Of a DNA stretch of 64,000 nt, positions 19,733 to 29,205 are shown in pieces. Positions within the stretch are counted from its first letter, which is position 1, and each line of letters starts with the position of its first letter. The position numbers and the translations under genes are program-made. The notes under the pieces are model-generated. The model saw only the letters and a list, made by a program, of their open reading frames with translations. It was not told the origin of the DNA and did not search any database. The stretch lies in IMG/VR virus record IMGVR_UViG_3300029305_000620. One strand, written 5' to 3'. This DNA is from an uncultured virus (IMG/VR IMGVR_UViG_3300029305_000620). Its lineage: Duplodnaviria > Heunggongvirae > Uroviricota > Caudoviricetes.

Positions 19733-20617
19733 TCACTCCCTCCTGCACATCACCGCGTACACATACGCACCGGTGACCCACTCTGATGTCCTGACCTGCA
19801 TCTCCAGCACTTCGTATCCCGGATAGCAAGCCTCCATGTGCAGCCTCGCCAGGTCGGGATCGCGCTTGATCTCCTGCGCGATCTTCTCCACCCTGCGCCT
19901 GCTGATCTTCTTGTCCGCCTCCGTCGGCTGCGGTATTTTGAGGCCCTTCGATGCAGCCCAGCGGTGACGGCTTCTGAATTCCTCCGCGTTCCCTCCGGCG
20001 CATACCTGCTTGGCGATGTACCGCGCGTACCCCGTCAGGCCCTCGCGCTCGTCCCAGCCGATCCGGATGTTGCCGTGCCCGTGCTTCTGACGCCACAGCG
20101 CCTCCACCTCGTCACGGTCCAGCTGAACCGCCAGCACCATGTGGTGATGGTAGTCCTTGCCTCGTGTCTTTTCCAGCGTCTCTGTGACGTACACATACTT
20201 CGGATCCGGCACGCCGCGCTTGGCGCACAGCCGCCGCAATCGGGCGATGAAATTCTTTACGTCCTTCTGAGCTTCTTTCAGGTCCTTCGGACGTTTCCGC
20301 GGGGAGTACGTCAACGTCGGAAGCATGTCACCCGCGCCGAAGTTGGCGTTGATGATCTGCACCAGCTTCTGCTCCGCCTTCCTCGCGTTGAGCCGCGCCT
20401 GCGCCGCCGATGTTCCCTTGCGTTCCCGCGCCTTGGCCAGCTGCGCCTCCGCCTCCCGGCGTGTCGCCGTGTCCCATATCGGGTAGGAGGAGCAGTACAG
20501 CAGCTTCCCAGCCTTGATCGTCCTCGTCCGCTGGATCTCCACGCCCCTCTGCCAGCCGGGCCTGATCTCCCTGTCCGGGCTGATCTCCATCAGCAGGCGG
20601 ATGTCGCTTTCCCGCAT
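19733..20617 (-). CDS. HUH-superfamily replication-associated protein
   Basis: Motif I TLTY, motif II YHHHMVL preceded by YVYVTE, motif III ARYIAK. Confidence 0.75.
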   Translation of the reverse strand: MRESDIRLLMEISPDREIRPGWQRGVEIQRTRTIKAGKLLYCSSYPIWDTATRREAEAQLAKARERKGTSAAQARLNARKAEQKLVQIINANFGAGDMLPTLTYSPRKRPKDLKEAQKDVKNFIARLRRLCAKRGVPDPKYVYVTETLEKTRGKDYHHHMVLAVQLDRDEVEALWRQKHGHGNIRIGWDEREGLTGYARYIAKQVCAGGNAEEFRSRHRWAASKGLKIPQPTEADKKISRRRVEKIAQEIKRDPDLARLHMEACYPGYEVLEMQVRTSEWVTGAYVYAVMCRRE

Positions 20618-20639
20618 TGGTGCTCCTCCTTTCGTTCAG

Positions 20640-20996
20640 TTAGTCCTTCTGTACGCCGCGCCACTCAAAATCTCGTCCTGGAATGTTACAATGAGAACAT
20701 ATATAGTCATCATTCTTGTTTTTGCAAATACGGCAAGGCCTTGCGATGTTTATGTCTGCCACCGCCGCATCCCGTTCCTTTTCAAGACGGCTCACGGCAA
20801 CAGACAGGATTTCAGCGTTTTCCATGGCCCTCTTTTTGTCTGCTTCAATCTGCTGGATGTAGGCGAGGGCATCAGCGTGCAGAAATTCCAGATCATGCAA
20901 GGCAAGCGATGTCAGGCGCGGCTCAATATCGGCAATGTGATAATGGACATGAATCGGATCAGCCAGCCCCTTCTTGATCTCGTCAGCAGATTTCAT
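20640..20996 (-). CDS. Phage early protein (K.ADEIKKGL...FEWRG family)
   Basis: Paralogous to 20983-21390 and 48353-48934. Confidence 0.6.
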   Translation of the reverse strand: MKSADEIKKGLADPIHVHYHIADIEPRLTSLALHDLEFLHADALAYIQQIEADKKRAMENAEILSVAVSRLEKERDAAVADINIARPCRICKNKNDDYICSHCNIPGRDFEWRGVQKD

Positions 20997-21390
20997 CGTT
21001 ATCCCCCTCAACCGTAATTCCCAACGGCAACCATTGCCATGCAACAATGTGCTTTCTTCCGATCCCTGCAAAGTCGTTTCTTTGCTCGTACCATTTCGCC
21101 GTGCAAACCTTGCCGCTTGCTGTGCAAACGATGTAACTGCCAGTGTACGGAGGCAGGTCATACGGCAGGATGTGCCAGATGGGCTGTTCTCTTTCAAGCT
21201 GCTGGATTCTCGCATCCTTTTCGGCGTTCTCAGCCTGTAGCTGCCGGATGAGGGCGAGGGCATCCTCTTCAATCGCATAAAGATCTTCCATACATGTCCC
21301 ATCACCATAAGGGCATCTAACGCATTTTGTACGTTCCCCATCGTTGATGCAGCACTCCAGCCCCTTCTTGATCTCGTCAGGCGTCTTCAT
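20983..21390 (-). CDS. Phage early protein with DUF551-like C-terminus
   Basis: KTPDEIKKGLECC N-terminus; VAWQWLP C-terminus. Confidence 0.6.
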   Translation of the reverse strand: MKTPDEIKKGLECCINDGERTKCVRCPYGDGTCMEDLYAIEEDALALIRQLQAENAEKDARIQQLEREQPIWHILPYDLPPYTGSYIVCTASGKVCTAKWYEQRNDFAGIGRKHIVAWQWLPLGITVEGDNDEIC

Positions 21391-22042
21391 GTCCTTTGCA
21401 GTACCCCTTCTCGTCGTAGTTGTCGCACTCTTCTGCCGGGATGACTACCATTCCGGCTTCCTTTGCCGCTTTCAGCATCTTCTTGACTTGCCCGGCGGTC
21501 CTCAGCGATTCTCCATCAACCCGACAGCACGGTGCAAGTTTTTTCAGCTTGTAATCAGATTGATTCAGCAATCCGTCTATGCTAAACCCGATGTGTCTGA
21601 TTCCCATGTAGTCTCCTCTCACCGCCTCCTGGGAGGTGGCTCCGTTTCACTCCGCCCCCTCCCGCCGGCGGGGGCGCCCACCCCCTTCTGCTGGGTGTCA
21701 ACCACCGACCACAGAACATGACAGGATGTTTGATTTTTTACTACCACATTCGAGCCGGATAAGAGGCATTTCAGCCCCTCAAATCATCGGTTCTTCAAAG
21801 CCTTCGGAGCTGCTTTTCACAGCCCCGAAGGCGTCGGTCCGATTGGTTATTTCAACATTTTCAGCAGAGGTCCCATCATCTTCTCCTGAAGATCCTCTGT
21901 CACGGCTTTCCCTGATTCGATCTTCATCTGATGGATTTCCTTCACAGCTTCAACAGCCTTGGCAAACTGTTCCTTTACTTCCTCGCAGTCTCCCTGGACT
22001 TCCACCTCGATGTCGCCTTCCTTGATTTTCATCGCCAGAACC

Positions 22043-22402
22043 TTATCCATTTTCTTTTCCCTCCTCAAAAACCCGCTTCAGCAGCGCTTCGTTCGCGCAA
22101 TGCACATCCAGCGGATGGCCGGCTGCACGGAATTCGATGCCGTCAAACTTGTACTCCAGCACCATGGGGATGGGGTCAACCTTCGGCAGGTCCAGCAGCT
22201 TCCACTCCGGATCCTTCTCATGTTCCTTCGCCTCATGCTTCCCCAGCTGGCGGATCACCGGGATCCCGTCGTTCTGCACGATGTCGCGCATCATGTCGCG
22301 GATCTCCCGAAAGGTGTACTGCCCGCCGATGCTCTCCCGCATCTCGCCGTCCGCGTCGTAAATCTCGATCGTCACGCGGCTTTTGTTCCTGCGATTCTTC
22401 AT
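22043..22402 (-). CDS. Hypothetical phage protein
   Basis: 119 aa ORF with GGAGG RBS. Confidence 0.55.
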   Translation of the reverse strand: MKNRRNKSRVTIEIYDADGEMRESIGGQYTFREIRDMMRDIVQNDGIPVIRQLGKHEAKEHEKDPEWKLLDLPKVDPIPMVLEYKFDGIEFRAAGHPLDVHCANEALLKRVFEEGKENG

Positions 22403-22439
22403 GCTTACCTCCTTGTGTTTTTTGTGGCTTATGCCAAAG

Positions 22440-22511
22440 AGCTGCCAGCAGGATTCGAACCTGCAACCCGCTGATTACAAATCAGCCGCTCTGCCGTTGA
22501 GCCATGGCAGC
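22440..22511 (-). tRNA. tRNA-Thr(TGT)
   Basis: GCTGCCA acceptor, CTGAT-TTGTAA-TCAG anticodon arm, GGTTCGAATCC T-arm. Confidence 0.9.
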
Positions 22512-22641
22512 ATGTGCTATAGGGAGCCTTTGCCCGGTCGCAACGGGAGGCTCCCGCCCTGGGCGATAGTGAGAAAGTCCCAGCGGCTCGGCTTCACTTG
22601 CCTATGGAGGTGTAGACAATGGCACTGCTCATGCCTGCTAC

Positions 22642-22705
22642 TGGTGCGGCCTGCCGGAGTCGAACCGGCCAGCGTGGGAGTTTAACGCCTGAACCCCTGC
22701 CGCAC
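22642..22705 (-). ncRNA. Degenerate tRNA-like element ending in CCA
   Basis: T-arm GCCGG-TTCGACT-CCGGC and GCGGC/GCCGC-ACCA acceptor; no D-arm, 9-nt loop. Confidence 0.45.
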
Positions 22706-22869
22706 ATACTGGCGGGCGCTCCTTTGATACCCCTGGTGTACAGGAGCGCCATCGTGGTCTCATGCAGCCCATTCCTATAACCGCATGATTGTCCACCGAC
22801 CGGGGCACGCTTCCCCCTAAGGAGGTCTCCTCCCCGTGAGGGAAGGCGACGGATCGGGCTACCCGCCCG

Positions 22870-22944
22870 TGGTGCACCAGGATGGTGTCGAACCATCTCA
22901 CCCCCGGTTATGAGCCGGATGCTCTTCCGTTGAGCTACTGGTGC
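22870..22944 (-). tRNA. tRNA with CAT anticodon, most like Ile2 (lysidine type)
   Basis: GCACCAG acceptor, TCCGG-CTCATAA-CCGGG anticodon arm, encoded CCA; lacks initiator features (three G-C anticodon pairs, 1-72 mismatch). Confidence 0.8.
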
Positions 22945-23027
22945 ATACGAGCGGCGCTGACGTCCAATTCCCACATAGTCCGCAGCGCCGCCGCTGAAAG
23001 GATGACGGAGGGTGTCCAGGCCTCCGT

Positions 23028-23101
<74 letters not shown>

Positions 23102-23127
23102 ATAGGCCGGATACCCGGCCGAATTAC

Positions 23128-23598
23128 TTATCGCCGATGCAGTTCCACCACATCGCAGTTGATGTGCCGCGTCTTGCAGAACTTCTTCACAGCCTGCAGA
23201 TCTGCGAACTCTCTGCCCTCGAAAATTCTGCAATTGGTGCATTTCCCGCACGTGAACTCAATGATGCGCCCATCTGTCACCATGCTGTTCTTGCTGTTGA
23301 TCACAGCGACAGCACCGGTATACCCGGCCTTTACGTTGATGAGCATATTACCATCCTTGGGAAAAAGCTTCTGCACCGCGTATGCTGCCAGCGTTTTCAT
23401 GTCGTGACGGTCACGCGGTTCACGTTTGAGCCGTACGCTCCTGACAAGTTCATTGTTCTTCACATACTTAGCCATGGCATTGTCGCCATCCGTATAGATA
23501 ACGATGGTTTCCTTCGGCACGAAAGCCTTCTTTTCAGGCTGTTTGGCAGTTCCCTTGTACACAATCTGGATCATCATATTATCCTCCTTTTCGTTCAT
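23128..23598 (-). CDS. Hypothetical phage protein
   Basis: ORF in the early operon; start uncertain. Confidence 0.5.
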   Translation of the reverse strand: MNEKEDNMMIQIVYKGTAKQPEKKAFVPKETIVIYTDGDNAMAKYVKNNELVRSVRLKREPRDRHDMKTLAAYAVQKLFPKDGNMLINVKAGYTGAVAVINSKNSMVTDGRIIEFTCGKCTNCRIFEGREFADLQAVKKFCKTRHINCDVVELHRR

Positions 23599-23810
23599 GT
23601 ATCCACGCCACCACAAACAGGATCAGCGCCATCTCACACGTTTCTCCACCGGCGTCATGTCCTCATGGTACAGGCTGCAGTCCTTGTTCTTGTTCTGCAG
23701 CTCACCGAATGGGGAGCATGGCCAGTCCTTGCCCTTCTTCTTCCGCTTCGGGTCGTAGTACGCGCAGTGTTCGCACTCGCGTTCCCCGTGCTTCGCCGGT
23801 CCGTTGGAGT

Positions 23811-24059
23811 TCATGCAATCGCCCCCACGATCTCGCCTTCCCAGCCCAGCACGCGCAGGAACGGGATTCGCGGGATCTTCGTGGTGTTGCCCAGCCGGAT
23901 CACCCGGAAGCCCAGGGCATCCCGTCCTTCCGGCGTTGCCGCCGCCAGCCGGATCGCGTTCGCGTCACAGCCGATCACGTCCGCCGCCTGCTCCGGCGTC
24001 AGGTACATTTCATCCTGTGCTGCCCAGTAGGACAGCGGAACACTTGCCGACTTTGCCAT
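23811..24059 (-). CDS. Excisionase-like HTH protein
   Basis: YLTPEQAADVIGCD...GFRVIRLGNTTKIPRIPF. Confidence 0.65.
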   Translation of the reverse strand: MAKSASVPLSYWAAQDEMYLTPEQAADVIGCDANAIRLAAATPEGRDALGFRVIRLGNTTKIPRIPFLRVLGWEGEIVGAIA

Positions 24060-24424
24060 TTAAGCCACCCCCTGCATCATCAGTACCGCGCTCACGATCA
24101 GGCTCCCAACAGCAAGAGCCATCGCAAAGCCGTACAGCGTCATCCACAGCGCATGTCCGTCCCGCGGCCGGGCAGTCTGCACCAGCCAGCGGTTCGGATT
24201 CTTGTGGTTGTACCTCGTCACATGGTCGGGCAGATTCCCTTCTGCGTACATATCAGTTCGCCTCCTGCGCGGTTCCACTCGCGCTCTGTACCCCTGCGAT
24301 GAAGCCCATGATCAGCGCCCGCAGTTCGGGTGTGCGCTCCTCCGGGGCATTGCGGATCGTGTCCGCTATCTCCTGCATTGTTTCGGTCTTGGCCTTCTGT
24401 GTATCTGTCATGTGGATTCCTCCT

Positions 24425-25130
24425 TTATGTGGTCAACGGCCCTGCCCATTGCTCTGCCATTGCGCGGGCGATGCCGGGGAAGGTCTTTGCTCTGTTCTTT
24501 GCATCTTCGCCGCGTTTAGCCGCTCCATACTTGCTCCGATCTTTTCTCCCGGTTCCGCTTGGCACATACGGCCCGACGGGGATTGCTTCCGGGCTTGTCG
24601 GCTCCAGCGGATCAAGCCCAATCAGCCATAGCCCTGTACGTTTTGTGTACGGGTGAACAATTCCATCTTCCTCGCGTTGCATCTGATACGGATGTATCCA
24701 TTGAGTAGGGGGGGGGAAGTTTAAAGACGCTTGACGGAAGCGGATTCTCTACAGCTATTCTCGGACAGCGTGCGTTATAGAAAGCCATGAAGAAAGCCTT
24801 CGCCGCCAGCCCCTTCGCGTACCTGTCGGGATCTATCTGCCCCTTGCGAGGATACAGTCGGCATGCGCCAGCGTTGCTCAGGAATGTGCATGGCGGATGA
24901 GCAATCAGCATATCCCACGGGCCGTTGATCTCGTGCCATTCTCCATCCATCGTCTGAAAGCGGCAGTTGCCATTGATCAGCTCCAGCGCATCCCCCTTGA
25001 TATGCCATTCCGGGTGCCCGCCGGAGCAGTCCTGGATGTCGCAGGAATACGCCTCATGCCCCAGACGTCGCAGCTCAATCGTGATGGCTTGCGATTCCTC
25101 ACAGGCTACAAGAATCCTCACGCCCTCCAC
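24425..25130 (-). pseudogene. Phage DNA cytosine methyltransferase-like gene split by a frameshift in a C9 tract
   Basis: LVACEES, AHPPC and VENP motifs in 24612-25130. Removing one C at 24708-24716 joins the C-terminal part (HPYTKRTGLWL...KTFPGIARAMAEQW). Confidence 0.8.
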
Positions 25131-25142
25131 CTCCTCTGCGTC

Positions 25143-25273
25143 CGCAAGCTAATTATTAATTTTGGTTTTCGCTTGCAAGCTAATAATACCACGCATTATT
25201 TCACCTGTCAACTACTTTTTCTAAAAATTTTTGAAAATTTTAGCTTGCAAGCGAAACAGACTTGTGATATACT
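25143..25273. promoter_or_regulatory. Divergent lytic/lysogenic promoters with a GCTTGCAAGC operator pair
   Basis: Leftward TTGACA-17-TATTAT (25211-25183); rightward TTGCAA-17-TATACT (25245-25273); 17-bp inverted operator copies at 25167-25183 and 25240-25256. Confidence 0.8.
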
Positions 25274-25296
25274 GTCCGCAAGGAGGTGATACCACC

Positions 25297-25644
25297 ATGA
25301 AGGATCGAATCCGCAGGGTCCGCAAAGATCTCAATATGAATCAGACCGAGTTCGGCAATGAGATTGGAGTAACCTTCGCGGCGCTGTCCAAATATGAATC
25401 CGGGAAGGTCATTCCAGACAAATCTATCCGACTGCTGATCTGTCAGAAGTTCAACGTGAACGAGTCCTGGCTGGAGACGGGCGAGGGCGTGCCTTATAAG
25501 GAAGGTCTGATCCCTGCGCTGGCAAATGCGCTGCAGGCCATGCCTGATGTCGCCGCCGCCCTGGAGCGTGTCCTGCCCCGGCTCACCCCCCAGGATCTTG
25601 CCAACCTGAACGAGCTGATCAAGCACGCCTTCCCGGAGGAATAA
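25297..25644 (+). CDS. CI-like XRE repressor (no S24 peptidase domain)
   Basis: HTH_3 (RIRRVRKDLNMNQTEFG...SKYESG), WLETGEG. Confidence 0.88.
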   Translation: MKDRIRRVRKDLNMNQTEFGNEIGVTFAALSKYESGKVIPDKSIRLLICQKFNVNESWLETGEGVPYKEGLIPALANALQAMPDVAAALERVLPRLTPQDLANLNELIKHAFPEE

Positions 25645-25676
25645 AAAAAGAGCTGCACGATGGCAGCTCTTTTTTA
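25645..25676. terminator. Bidirectional terminator
   Basis: AAAAAAGAGCTGCACGATGGCAGCTCTTTTTT. Confidence 0.75.
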
Positions 25677-25732
25677 CGTTCTCTTTCACGTTCGCCTCAC
25701 ATAGCAGTACAATGTTTGTATGAGGTGATTGT

Positions 25733-26824
25733 ATGAAACGACAGTTTATTCTGTTGGTTCTTCTTTTTTTGTTTCTATTTTCTATGCCAGCGCATGCTCA
25801 TCCAGGTTCAACCGATGAATATGGTGGTCATTATGACTATGATGCTGGCGAGTATCACTACCATCACGGCTATCCTGCGCATCATCATGGATTCGGAACA
25901 TGCCCATATGATTTTGATGACCGCACCGGAGAGAATTCCGGCACTCCTGGCATCGGCTCCAGTACATACCTGTATACCACAGCCCCTCGTCCGCTTCAAA
26001 CCACGAGGGTCACTTCTCCGAAACATGATTCAGATCTTCTTACAGGTATTAAGTGGCTTGGCATGATGATCGCTGTATTTGTGTTCCTGTTCATCATGGC
26101 CTGTGTATTCGGCGGTCGCCCCCGCAAACCACGCACAGAAAACACGGACAATTCTCCTTCATCTCTACCGAAACAATCAGATACTCTGTCTTCTGCCTAT
26201 AACGAGGCACACAACCTGAACCGTTTGAGTGGCCTGTCGGTTATCACAGATACACGTCCGAGTCCACCTGCTCCTCCACCGCAGCCGCCGCTTCCATTAC
26301 CTGAACCAGCGCCCGTACCCCCTCCCGATCCAACACCGGAACCAGAAACTGTGTCAGCACCTCCTTCCCGCAAGATGGATTCACCTGTGCCCGTCCCGGA
26401 TCCTGTACAACCGATCAGACCAACGTCTTCGGTTGTACCCGGTGATCCGGAACCGGAAGAAGGAGACATTCCTGACTGTCCTAACCTTTACCGCTCCCAG
26501 TACCCTGCAACATGGTCATACATAAATCGCAACGCAGATCACTCCGAAAGCTATATATACTACTACCATTTTGTATGGGGAGAACTGCAAGCGAAGCATG
26601 GTGACGGCATCATATATGGCAGCCTATCAGAGGATGAACAGGCGCTTGTCAACTACCCTCCCATCGGCAAAACCGTTTATATTTCTGCGGTCAACAGTAA
26701 AACCTATCATTCTACCCCTAACTGCTATGCTCTACTGAAGTCTACTCCTATCGAAGTCGATGTGATACACACCATCGTGAGGAAACGCTGTACCAAATGT
26801 GTAGCACCGCGCGACATAGAATAA
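25733..26824 (+). CDS. Membrane protein with signal peptide, YHYH domain, TM helix, Pro-rich linker and C-terminal Zn-type motif (moron)
   Basis: HPGSTD..GGH.D....YHYHHG; TM ~aa 105-127; YHSTPNC...CTKC. Confidence 0.75.
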   Translation: MKRQFILLVLLFLFLFSMPAHAHPGSTDEYGGHYDYDAGEYHYHHGYPAHHHGFGTCPYDFDDRTGENSGTPGIGSSTYLYTTAPRPLQTTRVTSPKHDSDLLTGIKWLGMMIAVFVFLFIMACVFGGRPRKPRTENTDNSPSSLPKQSDTLSSAYNEAHNLNRLSGLSVITDTRPSPPAPPPQPPLPLPEPAPVPPPDPTPEPETVSAPPSRKMDSPVPVPDPVQPIRPTSSVVPGDPEPEEGDIPDCPNLYRSQYPATWSYINRNADHSESYIYYYHFVWGELQAKHGDGIIYGSLSEDEQALVNYPPIGKTVYISAVNSKTYHSTPNCYALLKSTPIEVDVIHTIVRKRCTKCVAPRDIE

Positions 26825-26850
26825 GCCCCGCCACACCGGCGGGGCCTTCT

Positions 26851-27006
26851 TTATGCCTTCTTCTTTTTCTGCCTGCCATCCTCCACCGACTTGCTTACCA
26901 TCGCGCCCAAGGTGTGCATCGCCTCCTCTATATAGGCTTCGTCCAGCATGTTCACCATCAGGTGCAGTTTCTCCCGCGGGGGCATGTCCTTGATCTTACG
27001 CTTCAT
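26851..27006 (-). CDS. Small helical protein
   Basis: MKRKIKDMPPREKLHLMVNMLDE...; GAGGA RBS. Confidence 0.55.
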   Translation of the reverse strand: MKRKIKDMPPREKLHLMVNMLDEAYIEEAMHTLGAMVSKSVEDGRQKKKKA

Positions 27007-27160
27007 GGTTCTTTTCCTCCTCGTATTTTTTGTTAAGGCTCCGCGCCACATAGGGCTGCAGCAGCCATTTAACCGTTGCCAGGTCTCCCTCGTCCTCGAT
27101 CATATCCACCAGCTTGTGGATCCACTCCCGGTTGCTCATGCCGTCTTCGGTGTTCTTCAT
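26996..27160 (-). CDS. Small helical protein (54 aa)
   Basis: Manual translation MKNTEDGMSNREWIHKLVDMIEDEGDLATVKWLLQ...; AAAGGA RBS. Confidence 0.55.
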   Translation of the reverse strand: MKNTEDGMSNREWIHKLVDMIEDEGDLATVKWLLQPYVARSLNKKYEEEKNHEA

Positions 27161-27493
27161 GGATTTCTGTCCTTTCTTCCGGCGGCTCTTGTCCGCTCCT
27201 GCTGTCTATTATGGTATATTGTTGTTCTTTGCGGTTATTTGTTGTTTGTTCGCTTTTCTGTTCGCCCTTACATCTGATACAATATCAATATTATAGATTC
27301 GGCAGATTCTGTTTACCTTCACTTCCTGCCGTTTCTTGCGCATTCGCGGATGATCTTCCATCGTGTTTCCCTCCTGTTGGCGGAATCATATCATCCCGGC
27401 GCACGTTTCGTCCATAGTCAATCTTTTGAAAACCGTTTCAAATAAGTGGAACGCCCCGTTCCAGCGTTGTGAAACACTGAAAGGAGACGCCCC

Positions 27494-28045
27494 ATGGTAT
27501 CCATCAAGGCCATCGAACTCATTGCACATCGCATCGAAACCTGCGGTAAATCCCTGGACCGTATCGAAAACGAGTCCACCGTCTCAAAGTCCACTCTCTC
27601 CCGCATCGTGAATAAGCATGCCGCCAGCCGTCCTGTCCTGGATATCCTCGCCGCGTACTTCGAGGTTGGCGAGGAATACCGAAAGCTGGTTGATTCCACA
27701 GAGCACTCCTGCGCCTTTGCCGCAGAACTTGTGCAGGAGCTGGATTCCGTCCGCACCTATTACGAGCAGAAGGGGGCGTCTCTTCGTCAGCACTATGAGG
27801 AGCAGATCGCGTCTCTGCGTGAAATGTACGACCGCCAGGAAGCAGAACGCAACCGGGAGCGTGACAGCCTTCAGGCCCTCTATGACAAAACCACTTCGTC
27901 ACAGGAGAAGGAGATTGAACGTCTTCGCGGCGAAGTCAAAAGCTTTACCACGAAAAAGAGCATCGTATTCTGGGTGCTTGTCGGCATCATCCTTGGCCTG
28001 ATCGTCGCCCTCGTCTATGCCCTCGGCACAAATGCCTTCTATTAA
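27494..28045 (+). CDS. HTH + coiled coil + C-terminal TM protein
   Basis: SLDRIENESTVSKSTLSRIV HTH; hydrophobic C-terminus. Confidence 0.7.
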   Translation: MVSIKAIELIAHRIETCGKSLDRIENESTVSKSTLSRIVNKHAASRPVLDILAAYFEVGEEYRKLVDSTEHSCAFAAELVQELDSVRTYYEQKGASLRQHYEEQIASLREMYDRQEAERNRERDSLQALYDKTTSSQEKEIERLRGEVKSFTTKKSIVFWVLVGIILGLIVALVYALGTNAFY

Positions 28046-28056
28046 GGAGTGATCCC

Positions 28057-29205
28057 ATGACCTGCCGCAAATGCTCCCGCGCTCTCCCGGAGGGCGCTGT
28101 GTTCTGCCCTGCATGCGGTGTTCGCCAGCAGCGACGCCAGCAGAATCCCAAGTCCAAGGGGAATGGTACTGGCAGCATCTATAAGGATGCCTCCCGTTCC
28201 GGCTGGGTCGTGGCCTACACCACCGGAAAAAAACTTGTCCGTCTGCCCGACGGCACGATGAAGCTTCGTCTTGATCGTCACAAAAAAACCGGCTTCCCCA
28301 CCAAGAAGGCCGCAAACGAATATCTTGCCCAGGTGATCGCCTCCGGCGAAGCCCGGCACATCAAGAAGGTTCCCACCGTCGCGCAGCTGTACGATCAGTA
28401 CGAAAATGCTCCCGGCAAAAAGCCGGGAGCCTCCACCCTGACTGCGTATCGTACCGCCTATAATCGCCGTATCGGTCCTGCCATCGGTGATCTTGAAATT
28501 GATGTCGTTACCCTCCAGCACCTTGAAGGGATCGTCCATGGCCTGACCTACGATCCCGCCAAGGACGTGAAGGACCTCATGTCCAAGTTGTTCCAGCGCG
28601 CCATGGCAGATGGCTTTGTGCAGATCAATCCCTGCACGCTTCTTTCCCTGCCGGAGAAAACCAGCACGGAGATCCCCGCATGGCAGCCGGATGAGATCGA
28701 GCGCCTCTGGCATGCCTGGGATGGGGGAGACCGCATCGCCGCCACTTGCCTGCTCATGATCCACACCGGCATGATGCCCGGTGAGCTGTTCAAGCTTAAA
28801 TCTGATATGATCAACTGGGATGCCCGCACCATCATCGGCTGCGGCCTCAAAACGAAGGAGCGCAAGGAGAAGCCTATCGTTTTCCCTTCGGTGATCGACC
28901 CTGTCCTCCGGGATCTGTGCGATACGTCCGTTTCTCGCCAAGGCTATGTCCTGGGCATTAACAAGGACAAATACTACGATCTTTTCTCCCGGATGAAGAA
29001 TTCTTTGCACATCCGCCCCGAAGTCCGTCCGTATTCTTCCCGCCACTCCACCGCTACGGAGCTGGAGCTGCTGGGTGTTTCTCCGTCCGTCATCGCCTCT
29101 GTCCTGCGTCACAAATCCTACGCCACTACCGCCAAGCATTACATCGACATTACCACGGACAAATCCCGCGCAGCTGTCGATCTTATTTCCCGCAAGCCTG
29201 AGTAA
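28057..29205 (+). CDS. int: Tyrosine integrase with N-terminal zinc ribbon
   Basis: CxxC..CxxC, GNGTGSIYK arm domain, TGMMPGEL, YSSRHS, LRH...TAKHY; adjacent att. Confidence 0.9.
   Translation: MTCRKCSRALPEGAVFCPACGVRQQRRQQNPKSKGNGTGSIYKDASRSGWVVAYTTGKKLVRLPDGTMKLRLDRHKKTGFPTKKAANEYLAQVIASGEARHIKKVPTVAQLYDQYENAPGKKPGASTLTAYRTAYNRRIGPAIGDLEIDVVTLQHLEGIVHGLTYDPAKDVKDLMSKLFQRAMADGFVQINPCTLLSLPEKTSTEIPAWQPDEIERLWHAWDGGDRIAATCLLMIHTGMMPGELFKLKSDMINWDARTIIGCGLKTKERKEKPIVFPSVIDPVLRDLCDTSVSRQGYVLGINKDKYYDLFSRMKNSLHIRPEVRPYSSRHSTATELELLGVSPSVIASVLRHKSYATTAKHYIDITTDKSRAAVDLISRKPE

Noticed and set aside
27240..27265. LexA box for phage A
   Set aside because: GTTC-N8-GTTC direct repeat fits neither the Bacillota inverted N4 box nor the N7 direct-repeat type
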